A stretch of 64,000 bases of DNA from Candidatus Obscuribacterales bacterium (lineage in GTDB: Bacteria; Cyanobacteriota; Vampirovibrionia; Obscuribacterales; Obscuribacteraceae), in the NCBI GenBank assembly GCA_965228855.1, contig CBDDIJ010000002.1, forward strand, positions 800,001 through 864,000, given 5' to 3'. The notes beneath the pieces are model-generated. The model had not been told where the DNA came from. It worked only from the letters and a program-made list of their open reading frames with translations, and ran no database searches. Position numbers and translations under genes: made by a program. Shown in pieces: positions 40,950 to 49,407 of this stretch (position 1 is the first letter of the stretch; every line of letters starts with the position of its first letter).

Positions 40950-42329
40950 TCACTTGTCCTTGTCGTTCGCCTCCGATTCATCGCTCACGCCGCGCAGGAG
41001 CGGCAAGAGGAAGATGCATGCGGCGGTGAAAGCGGCCGACACAAAAATCAGCGGTGTCAGCGTGTTGGCGAAAACACTCACGTACAGCTTCGCGCCGACG
41101 ATTGCGCTAACCTGAGTGGACGCGTTGTACACCGACATGAGCGCTGCGAACGTGAAGCCTTCCGACTCCTCCGGGCAGGCCCGAGCGGCGACCGTAAGCA
41201 CCGTCAGAACAGCAATCATACCTGTCACGCCGAAGACCAGGTTGAGCGCGATAGCAATCGCCTGGGCGTGAGGCGTGGGCGCAATCAGCGACAGGTACGC
41301 GAGCGTACCGATCACGCCGGTGACGACACAGAAGATGAGCTGGAACTTGAAGGTCTTCTTTGCGAAGTACTTGCCATACACGAGCGAGCCGATGACGGAC
41401 CCGACCGCGCTAACCGCACCGAGTTGACCGATGAAGTCCTGCGAGAACTTCAGCGTGTCGACCATGTGGTAATAGAACGGGGTTCCGAAGCTCGGGCTGA
41501 ACTGGAACAGCGCGATGAACGCGGCGACCAGCCACAACGTCTTCGTGCGAAGCGCAAACAACGCAACGAGGAACGGCAGCGCCCAGATCGCGGTTTGTCC
41601 GAGGTAGACGAAACCGGCAATCATGCCTGCCGCGCCAAGCACCAGATACAGTGGCTTGACGCGCGACAGCGGCTTCACGAAAGTCTGTTTCAGACCCGCG
41701 AAATTCGCAGTCGCCTTTTCTTCTTTGATAATGAACCAGCTGGCCACCATGACTGACAGCGGCGCCAGGAAGGTAATCATCGCCGAGATTGAAAGCGCCT
41801 TTGTCGGCGTGAAGGTGCTGCAGAGGTAGCCGCCCATCAGCGATGTTGCGATGGCGGCCACGTAGAACCAGAACCACTGTACGCTCTGGAAGCGTCCGGT
41901 GGCGTTGAGAGCCTTGCCCTTTTCGACCATGAGCGCGTCGACGATGACGTCCGACGCGGCTGTGCCGAACGCCGTGAGCATCATCGCGGTAACGATCATG
42001 GCAGGTGCCGTCAGCCCGGAGAGCCAGAGGAAGCCGAGGGCGGCGAGACCATTCATAGCCATCAGCCAGGTCTTGCGGCGGTAGCCCAGCAGCGGGACGT
42101 AGTCGCTGAGCAAGCCGTAGAGCGGTTTGATGATCCAGGGGAAGGTAAGAATCGACAGATATTCAGTGACCTGTGCGGGGTCGAGACCAAGCGCTTCTTT
42201 GAAGAAGAACTGCATCGGCTGGCTAACCAGACCGCTTGCCTGTCCGAGCCCCTGCATGAAATACACAAGTCCAAAGTAAACAAGCATCAGGCCGATGCCG
42301 CGGCCTTTCTCATTGTTGGGCGAGCCCAT
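40950..42329 (-). CDS. BT1-family (folate/biopterin) MFS transporter
   Basis: PWIIKPLYGLLSDYVPLLGYRR, SDVIVDALMVE, ARACPEESEGFTFAALMSV; ~12 TM. Confidence 0.88.
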   Translation of the reverse strand: MGSPNNEKGRGIGLMLVYFGLVYFMQGLGQASGLVSQPMQFFFKEALGLDPAQVTEYLSILTFPWIIKPLYGLLSDYVPLLGYRRKTWLMAMNGLAALGFLWLSGLTAPAMIVTAMMLTAFGTAASDVIVDALMVEKGKALNATGRFQSVQWFWFYVAAIATSLMGGYLCSTFTPTKALSISAMITFLAPLSVMVASWFIIKEEKATANFAGLKQTFVKPLSRVKPLYLVLGAAGMIAGFVYLGQTAIWALPFLVALFALRTKTLWLVAAFIALFQFSPSFGTPFYYHMVDTLKFSQDFIGQLGAVSAVGSVIGSLVYGKYFAKKTFKFQLIFCVVTGVIGTLAYLSLIAPTPHAQAIAIALNLVFGVTGMIAVLTVLTVAARACPEESEGFTFAALMSVYNASTQVSAIVGAKLYVSVFANTLTPLIFVSAAFTAACIFLLPLLRGVSDESEANDKDK

Positions 42330-42668
42330 GGTTGATACCTTTCCGAACCGCGCAGCAGCGAAGGCTTCGTTCCTGCAGTGGGTCGGCTCTGCCGACAGCA
42401 AAACGCGAACTGACGATGCCGGAAAGGACGCTCGTCAGTTCATTGCAGGTACGAGAAGACTTCGCTTTGATGGGCGCGGGTTAACGTTGCGAATGTGACA
42501 CAAACGTCAGTGCCACTGTGATTGCGCGAACATCGCACAAAGACCTCCAGACGAAAGGAGGGCGCAGTGTGATACCACATCCGGTGACATCACGCTTCGC
42601 CTGATTGATGAGTCTGGGTCCGTTAGACTCACCGGCGGTTCTCCTGATGACGAGTTTCGGCGTCCTGC

Positions 42669-43073
42669 TTACTTCTTCGTCACGGTGGCTGCCAACGTCT
42701 TCGAGCCGAACATCAGCTTGTAGACGGGGCACTTCTCCGCTGTGCGCTTGATGGCATCGAGGTCCGCTTGCGACAGGTTGCCCTTCACCTCGATATCCTC
42801 GGTTACCACAGGGTCAGCTGCGGTGCCGTTCGGATAGGTGACGCCAACCTTGACGATAAGCTCCTGGATGTCCCAGTTGCGACGCGGAGCGACAATCAGA
42901 ATGGTTTGAACGGTGCAGGCTCCAAGTCCGGCGAGAAACAGATCCTTGGGATTCGGTCCACCATCGGCACCGCCTGCGGAGACGGGCTGATCGCTGATGA
43001 ACGTGTGAGTCCCGGAATTGCACTCGACTTGAAACTTCTGACCGGTAACCTGTTTTACGGTGACCTGCGCCAT
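42669..43073 (-). CDS. OsmC/YhfA-like protein
   Basis: DQP..GG.DGGPNPKDLFLAGLGAC ... AEKCPV. Confidence 0.88.
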   Translation of the reverse strand: MAQVTVKQVTGQKFQVECNSGTHTFISDQPVSAGGADGGPNPKDLFLAGLGACTVQTILIVAPRRNWDIQELIVKVGVTYPNGTAADPVVTEDIEVKGNLSQADLDAIKRTAEKCPVYKLMFGSKTLAATVTKK

Positions 43074-43423
43074 GGTTTGATTCCCATGTTAGTTGTTTCG
43101 AACTGCGCTGGAAGAACATGCTCCCTCTACAACCGTGCCCGATCAGACCACTCCAGTGAGCGGACTGAATCAAGCTTCTTGCGGAGGCGCTTGATGTTTG
43201 GAGCTATTAAGTTTTCTCCGGGTCAATTGCGGTGGGGCATGGATTGGAATTCAATCCTAGCTAAGTAACATCCGTGAAAGCTCTTTGATTTCTGTTAATA
43301 GAACAGTTCTAAAAAGCAGTCATGAGTTCCGGATCTAGTTTGGATCGAGGTTTGCGACGGTTTAACCTTGAGCAGAAACAATTAGCGCAAGTTGCAATAG
43401 TGTCGCGATTGCCAACAGATCTC

Positions 43424-44521
43424 TTATCTTCTTCCGGACATTGCCTTCCGCTGACCACCAGTAGTGAGCTCGTCTTCAGAGCTTTCACCAGGTTTCGGCG
43501 GAGGCAGGAATTTGTTTTTGTGTCTCCAAATGAGAATCGCTGCGACCGGTGTTCCAATCGCGACCAGACCAGCTGCCACGAAGATCGAAGTCAGGACCAT
43601 GCTCAATAGGTCTCGAAGAGCGGCGATGTCTCCTGACAGCCCGGAGAGCTGCTTTTCCAAATTGGTGATTGGTTTTTCCATGTTCGATAGCGGCTTGCGT
43701 ATGCTGCTTATGTCGTCATGAACACCAGTCACTTGCGCGTCTAGGTCGTGAATCGGTTCTGCCATTGAGATCAACGGCTCTTTCAATTCCATGATCGGCT
43801 CTCGAATTCGGTCAATATCTGAGCGCACCCGTGATATGTCGGGTCGCATTCGCTTCAGCTCCGTGTAGGTCCCTTTGATTGACGACTGTACCGAGTTCAT
43901 TTGATCTGAAACAGTTGCAATGCGATTCTCCACACCTTTCATGTGCCCTACTGTTTCACCGAGTCGTTCTTCGACGCCCTTCATGTGACCGACGGTTTCG
44001 TCAAGGCGATTCGAAATTCCGCCCATCTCGCCTCGAACATCACGCATGTCGTGTTGAACGCCCTTGAGTTGCCCGCCCATTTTGTCGACGCGATTCTGGA
44101 GATTCAACATCGCCGGTTGCAGCGCTGCAATCGGCCCTGTAAGTTTCATCATCTGTTGCTGCAAGCGCACAGTTTGCTCTTGCAGTTTAATCACAGGTGA
44201 AAAAATCCAGCGGATTGGATTCAGTGAAAAACCTTTCTTCTTGGCGGGCTTCTCCTTGAGATCGGCGGTGGAAACTTCCACTCCTGGAACCGTGTTTAGA
44301 GCCTCAGCTTGTTCCTTCGCGAACTTGTTGGCGTCTTTCACCTGAATTTGGTCGAGCTTTGCTTCTGTTTCAGTCACCTTTTTGTCGTCCAGTTCGACTG
44401 CGGGGGCAGTGGTCGAAACGCTACCCTCGTGCGGCTCGGCGGCCATCGCCAGGCATGGCAAAGTCAACGCCGTAAACGACGCCGCGTAAGTGGCTACGAT
44501 GATTCTCTTGAAAGTCTGCAT
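43424..44521 (-). CDS. Exported coiled-coil protein with C-terminal TM anchor
   Basis: Signal peptide from MQTFKR; heptad repeats including a 14-aa duplication (RLxETVGHMKGVEx); TM near the C-terminus. Confidence 0.75.
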   Translation of the reverse strand: MQTFKRIIVATYAASFTALTLPCLAMAAEPHEGSVSTTAPAVELDDKKVTETEAKLDQIQVKDANKFAKEQAEALNTVPGVEVSTADLKEKPAKKKGFSLNPIRWIFSPVIKLQEQTVRLQQQMMKLTGPIAALQPAMLNLQNRVDKMGGQLKGVQHDMRDVRGEMGGISNRLDETVGHMKGVEERLGETVGHMKGVENRIATVSDQMNSVQSSIKGTYTELKRMRPDISRVRSDIDRIREPIMELKEPLISMAEPIHDLDAQVTGVHDDISSIRKPLSNMEKPITNLEKQLSGLSGDIAALRDLLSMVLTSIFVAAGLVAIGTPVAAILIWRHKNKFLPPPKPGESSEDELTTGGQRKAMSGRR

Positions 44522-44621
44522 AAAGTCACCCCCGGTAAGCATGTTTGCGGGACGGGCAACTTCGCCGATGGTTCCCTTGAGCAAAAAAACCACTACTAGA
44601 CCAGACAGCAAAAAAAAACTA

Positions 44622-44870
44622 CTACTAGACTAGATAGTCTTTATTGAATGCCGTCAAATGAGACGCGGCAAGGCATTTCGGCTTTGCTTCACTAGCAGTT
44701 TCACAAAGACAACTCGTTTTGGCTATCCTGGTATGACGCATTTGGCTAAATCCGGCATTCCAGGATAGACAAAGAGACTTTTGTCTCGACTACAACGGGA
44801 CGTTAAGGACTGAAACGCCCTATCTCCACAGCGTTGCGCGGTTTTGACTGAGCATGACGGCATATAGTAG
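44622..44870. repeat. Symmetric element copy E (core 44720-44771)
   Basis: CTACTAGAC (duplicated at 44593) ... TGGCTA-tcctggtat-GACG-N14-CGGC-attccagga-TAGACA ... ATATAGTAG. Confidence 0.88.
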
Positions 44871-44936
44871 AAAAACACGAAAGCGCACAATCCCGGGGGG
44901 TGAGTCCGGAATTGTGGCTTCCGCCTAGCGGCAGTA

Positions 44937-45791
44937 TCAGGCGGTTTTCTTCGCCAAACGGAGCCGCTGCTCGATTGCGTCGTTGATGATGCGCAGCACC
45001 GTCACGCGGCTGAAGCGCTTGCAGTTGCTGGGAATGACGTGCCACGGCGCCGTCTTGGTGCCGGTCAGGTGGAACATCTTGTTGGCGTACTTGGTGTACT
45101 CGTCCCAGTGCTTGCGAGCGGTTTCGTCGGCTTCGGTGTACTTCCAGCCCTTGCTCTCGCGCCGTTCCTTGAAGCGCTCTTCCTGCACTTCCGGCGTGAT
45201 TTCCAGCCAGATCTTCACCGGAATGGTCCCGCTTTGCGAGATCAGCCATTCCATCGTGTTGATGTGACCGTAAGCCGCCTGGACGTGCTCCTTGGAAGCG
45301 AGCCCCATGACCGGGACGACGAGGAGTTCTTCGTTCCAGCCGCGGTCGAAGATGCGGACCTGTCCGAATCCGGGCATGCGGTCACGCTCGAAGAAGCGGA
45401 GCAAGTACGGCTGGCTGCGCTCCTCGTCATTGGGCGGACCGACGGGAACGACGGCGAGCGTCTTCATGTCGAAGTCGACGCCGGTGATGATGCGCTTCGT
45501 GGCGCCAGACTTGCCGGCGGCGTCGCGACCCTGGAATGTGACGACGAGAGAAAGTTTGGGCTCCTGGAGCTGGCGAACCAGGTCGTTGAGCCGTTCTTCT
45601 TCCTTGGCCAGGGCCTTCTCGTAGGTTTTCTTGTCGAGCGCGCGACCGTGGTCGAGCAACGACAAGTAGTCCGGCACGTCGCCCGGCTTGGAGTAAGGCG
45701 CAGTCGGGTTCTTGTTCGCGTGAGCGACCTGAACGATACCGCGCTCGTTGAGCCTGGCGTTGACACCAGGCGGGAGTTTCGAACGTGACAT
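44937..45791 (-). CDS. ppk2: Polyphosphate kinase 2 family protein (single domain)
   Basis: FQGRDAAGKSG Walker A, IFDRGW Walker B, KIWLEIT..Q.ERF, WKYTEAD, APWHVIP. Confidence 0.88.
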   Translation of the reverse strand: MSRSKLPPGVNARLNERGIVQVAHANKNPTAPYSKPGDVPDYLSLLDHGRALDKKTYEKALAKEEERLNDLVRQLQEPKLSLVVTFQGRDAAGKSGATKRIITGVDFDMKTLAVVPVGPPNDEERSQPYLLRFFERDRMPGFGQVRIFDRGWNEELLVVPVMGLASKEHVQAAYGHINTMEWLISQSGTIPVKIWLEITPEVQEERFKERRESKGWKYTEADETARKHWDEYTKYANKMFHLTGTKTAPWHVIPSNCKRFSRVTVLRIINDAIEQRLRLAKKTA

Positions 45792-45871
45792 GGGTTTCCC
45801 TTTTGGTCTTGAGTTACACAGCGATAGAGGGCTCTCGGTTGGAAACCGAGAACCCTCATCGCCGGCGGACC

Positions 45872-47779
45872 TTACGGCTGGCCGAACCAGTCGAAGGCGT
45901 AGAACCGGAGTCGCATGAAATCCGAAACAGCAGCCGTGCCGTCGACCTTGGTCTTGGCGACAGAGTTCCCCGCGGCGTCGAACTCCTCCACGGAAAGCGC
46001 GACTGGCGTGCCGACATCGTTTCGCACGATGACGACGACGTACAGCAGACGCTTCAGTCCCGTGTAGTGTTCGGCACGCACCACGCTGCCGGTCGAGCTG
46101 ACGCGGTAGATGGAGCGACCCGTGAAGATGTTGCCTCTGCCTTCAAAACGGTCAATCTGCACGGCGCCGTCGCGGTAGTAGCTCATGACCAGCTGGAAGG
46201 TCATGTACTGACTCGAATCATACTCCTGGTACACGACCAGGCGACGATCCGCGTCGTAGCCGGACACCTTGGCCCACTGGAAGCCGCTCCCATAGGTCAC
46301 TTCCCACCGCGCCACTTGAACGCGCACGGCGTTGTGGACGAAGCGGAACGCGAACCCCGGGACCTCGGTGAATTCCTGCTTCACGCCCGGCTCGACGGCT
46401 GGCGGTTCGGCAGGCGGATTGAACGGACCCGGATCGACCACCACCGGAGGCGGCGGGTCGACGGGCTTGGTCGGCGGCTCGACCGGTTGGCAGCCCGCGC
46501 AAGGCGGGATGTTGTTGATCACCGTCACCGACCCGCCGCCGTTGTTCGTGTTGTGATTGTGGTCGTGCCACATCCACAGCATGATGCAGGCGAACAGGAA
46601 GGCGAGGAACCCGAGGAAGCCGAACAGCATCCAGCGGTTGTTGTCCCGCTGTTTCTTGCTGGTGTCCCCATCCGCCGGCGGAGGCGGCGGAGATGGCGGG
46701 TTGGGCTCATCCGGTTTTCCCGGCTTGTTGCGAGCGCTCATCTTGACCTCCACGTCGAATTGGCGAGCGAGCTTTTCGCCGCCGGTGTCCGAGGAACGGT
46801 CCACCGTCAGCGACAGATGCGCACTCGCCTCCTGGTGTTGGGTGCCAGCCACATCACCGAGCTGCGCAAGAGCCTCTTCGGTGCCGACGCCCGCCGCATG
46901 CCGGAGGTACTCGCGGTACCGGGCATTGGCGTCGTCTTTGCCGGGCTCTGCGGGCTTGTCGTCTTCCGACTTGCCATCGCCGTCGCCCTCAGCCGGTTCG
47001 CCGGTCGTGTCACCGCTGGGCGGTTCCACGGGCTCGCCAGCAGGCGGAACGGTGGCACCATCGGCTTCGCTGCTCGCTTCGGCTTCGGTGGGTGCCGGAG
47101 CGCTGGCAGCGTGCTTCTCGGCTCGTTCGATGACGGGACCGTGAAGTTCCGCGACCTTGGCAGCGGTCGTCTCGATGTCGAAGGAGTTGTCGATGAGGAC
47201 GTCGGACAGCTTCGCCTTCTCCGTCTGCGACATTTGCAGTGAGATGAGGCGAGCCGCTTCGGTCTCGTCCACGTTGTCGCGCGCCTTGAGTCGCTCCATG
47301 CGGATGTTCTCGTTGGCGACGACGCACCAGACTTCGTCGAAGTACGCCTTCATCCCGGCTTCGTGGAGAAGTGGGACGAGCATGAAAACGATTTTCTTGC
47401 CTTCGCCGCTGTACTGGGCAACGTAGGCTTCGAGGCGCTCGTTGATGCGCGGAAACATGATGGCCTCGAGGCAGGCTTTGGCCTCGTCGGAATCGAACGC
47501 GCGAGCGCGGAGGCGGTCGCGGTTGATCGGGCCGTTTTCGGCGTCCACGAGGTCGGTGCCGAAGTGCGCGAGCACTTCGTGGTACGCCTCGCAGGGGCCG
47601 CTGAGCAGCTCATGCGTGATCAGATCGGTGTCGATCACGATCTCGCCATGGCGCTCTTGCAGAATTTCACCGACGACGGACTTGCCGGTAGCGCGCGAAC
47701 CCGTGATACCCACGAGATACGGACGCACGACATCGCCAGCCGACGGCAAGCTTCCGCTACCGCAGAAGGGCTTGCTCAT
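45872..47779 (-). CDS. Dephospho-CoA-kinase domain fused to acidic/Pro linker, TM helix and extracytoplasmic beta-rich domain
   Basis: VGITGSRATGKS, IDTD, INRDRL, VPLLHE, RLKARD, LIDN in the first ~220 aa; TM WMLFGFLGFLAFLFACIMLWMW. Confidence 0.8.
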   Translation of the reverse strand: MSKPFCGSGSLPSAGDVVRPYLVGITGSRATGKSVVGEILQERHGEIVIDTDLITHELLSGPCEAYHEVLAHFGTDLVDAENGPINRDRLRARAFDSDEAKACLEAIMFPRINERLEAYVAQYSGEGKKIVFMLVPLLHEAGMKAYFDEVWCVVANENIRMERLKARDNVDETEAARLISLQMSQTEKAKLSDVLIDNSFDIETTAAKVAELHGPVIERAEKHAASAPAPTEAEASSEADGATVPPAGEPVEPPSGDTTGEPAEGDGDGKSEDDKPAEPGKDDANARYREYLRHAAGVGTEEALAQLGDVAGTQHQEASAHLSLTVDRSSDTGGEKLARQFDVEVKMSARNKPGKPDEPNPPSPPPPPADGDTSKKQRDNNRWMLFGFLGFLAFLFACIMLWMWHDHNHNTNNGGGSVTVINNIPPCAGCQPVEPPTKPVDPPPPVVVDPGPFNPPAEPPAVEPGVKQEFTEVPGFAFRFVHNAVRVQVARWEVTYGSGFQWAKVSGYDADRRLVVYQEYDSSQYMTFQLVMSYYRDGAVQIDRFEGRGNIFTGRSIYRVSSTGSVVRAEHYTGLKRLLYVVVIVRNDVGTPVALSVEEFDAAGNSVAKTKVDGTAAVSDFMRLRFYAFDWFGQP

Positions 47780-48314
47780 AGCTAGTTCTCCTTTTACCTG
47801 ATTAGATGTTGAGTAACAGAGAAGCAGCCCGCGAGAACTTGATGTTCTGCGAGTGCGAGAGACACTTGAAACTCTCCGCGAGACAGAGTCTCAGGGAAAG
47901 AGCGGTTAGGTCCGGGTACTGTTGGTGGTTTGTAGGACGAAGACCTTTGTTTCAAGAGAAAGAAGATTGTGCCTGACACCCTAGTGGCCAAGAGGACTCG
48001 AAGTCAACGAGTTCAGCCGCCTGTGGCAATATCGCTACAATGCTTAAAACCGCTTGCGCGCTCGACGCTGAACCGCTGTGAGCTCTCCCAGGTACGGCCG
48101 CTGGCTCGCGCAGAGATCTCTTACGCGAAGCCGCTTGAGGGTTTACAGTCGCGATGAGAGTTGAACGTCACGCGGTAGCTATAAGTTCATGAGCTTTAAA
48201 GATCCTGTGCTAGCTTCGCTATAGATCGTGATCTAATTATTTTAAGCAGTTCGCGCAACTCGCGCAGCGTGCTGGAAAAGTTCCGACGGAGCGCAAAAAG
48301 TGGTGGCGCCGGCG

Positions 48315-48410
48315 GTGTCAAACCTTCTCTACTGTATGATTCCGTTTCTTCCGGCGCTCTCTGTGTCAAAACCCCATCTACTATATGATCCCGTTTCTTC
48401 GGGCGCTCTC
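48315..48410 (+). repeat. Tandem ~48-bp direct repeat (period 48-49) covering the left box of element F
   Basis: GTGTCAAA..CTACTRTATGATYCCGTTTCTTCSGGCGCTCTC twice. Confidence 0.85.
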
Positions 48411-48475
48411 AAAGTTCGGTGCATTCGGGCTTCGTGGCATTTTAAGCGTTGTTCTCCACTCGAAAGATGGTTACT

Positions 48476-48527
48476 TGGCTACGCCAGAGCGACGCTTTTT
48501 GCCAAATGCGTCATGCCAGCGTAGACA
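48476..48527. repeat. 52-bp symmetric core, copy F (left box CTACTATAT at 48378)
   Basis: TGGCTA-cgccagagc-GACG-ctttttgccaaatg-CGTC-atgccagcg-TAGACA. Confidence 0.85.
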
Positions 48528-48539
48528 AAAATTGATGAA

Positions 48540-48613
48540 CAGTAACCGCAAGTGCTCAACAGTGACGGCAAGAGCTCAGCAGAAATCGTAAGAGCTCAGC
48601 AGTAACCGCAAGC
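48540..48613 (+). repeat. 20-bp tandem repeat, ~3.7 degenerate copies
   Basis: CAGTAACCGCAAGTGCTCAA / CAGTGACGGCAAGAGCTCAG / CAGAAATCGTAAGAGCTCAG / CAGTAACCGCAAG. Confidence 0.8.
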
Positions 48614-48911
48614 TGCCGAGACCTTCTCTGCAACCCTTGCATACGGTTATGGGTTAGTGGATGCAATCGTACGAGGCGAAGTCAAGCCAACGGCACGCGA
48701 AAAAGACTATAAGAACTATTGCGAAGCAGATTCCGAACCATTGCATGAAGGTCATTTCTTCTGGATCAAGCATCTACGCAGTTCCTCGGGGTTGTCGAAA
48801 GAGTCCTTTCAGTAGCTTGCGCGGCTGGCCCTCAATTTCAGGGCGAAAGTTCCTCTCATTACTAGTATAATCTCTCGTTCTGGCAAAACTTACACCCCAG
48901 CGGAGTTTACA

Positions 48912-49337
48912 ATGGCTGAGAAACCACGGTTAATTGGCATCATCTTGTGCGAGAGAGTTCTCCAAGATGTATTGCGTAGAGATGCAGTTTCCTGTGTCAA
49001 CATCTATAACGGCATCACAGCACAATCTTTCCCAGCGGTTGTTCCGTTGGTCTATGCATTCGCTCAGATCTCCGGTTCTTCGGAAGGATTCGAATATCAG
49101 TTCAAAATCGCTGACGGCGGTGGCAGAGTTATCGCAATGTCTCCTCCCGCCAAGGTAGAGCCTCTACCGAGTCAGTTCATGACCCACAAGATCATCAGCG
49201 CTTTCAGTGGCCTGGCTTTCGAACAAGAAGGCACCTACGAAATCATTCTCTACGTCGGTGGAGAAGCGTTGGGTTCGCTTCCGTTCCAAGTGCTCGTCAT
49301 GCAGCCGCAACCGCAGCCTGCAGAAGCTGGCGTTTAG
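48912..49337 (+). CDS. Hypothetical beta-sandwich protein (DUF6941-like)
   Basis: GGAG RBS; ILCERV.QD ... FPA ... F.QEGTYEI.L pattern. Confidence 0.7.
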   Translation: MAEKPRLIGIILCERVLQDVLRRDAVSCVNIYNGITAQSFPAVVPLVYAFAQISGSSEGFEYQFKIADGGGRVIAMSPPAKVEPLPSQFMTHKIISAFSGLAFEQEGTYEIILYVGGEALGSLPFQVLVMQPQPQPAEAGV

Positions 49338-49360
49338 TTCACGAAAGGCGAATAGCTTTT

Positions 49361-49391
49361 AAACTCCTCTGTACGCAGGGGAGTTTTTTTT
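49361..49391 (+). terminator. Intrinsic terminator
   Basis: AAACTCCTCTG/CAGGGGAGTTT followed by a T-run. Confidence 0.8.
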
Positions 49392-49407
49392 CGGGACGAA
49401 ACAGCTG

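Noticed and set aside
42408..42665. CTGAYGA motifs as hammerhead ribozyme cores
   Set aside because: No correctly placed stem II-GAAA and cleavage triplet
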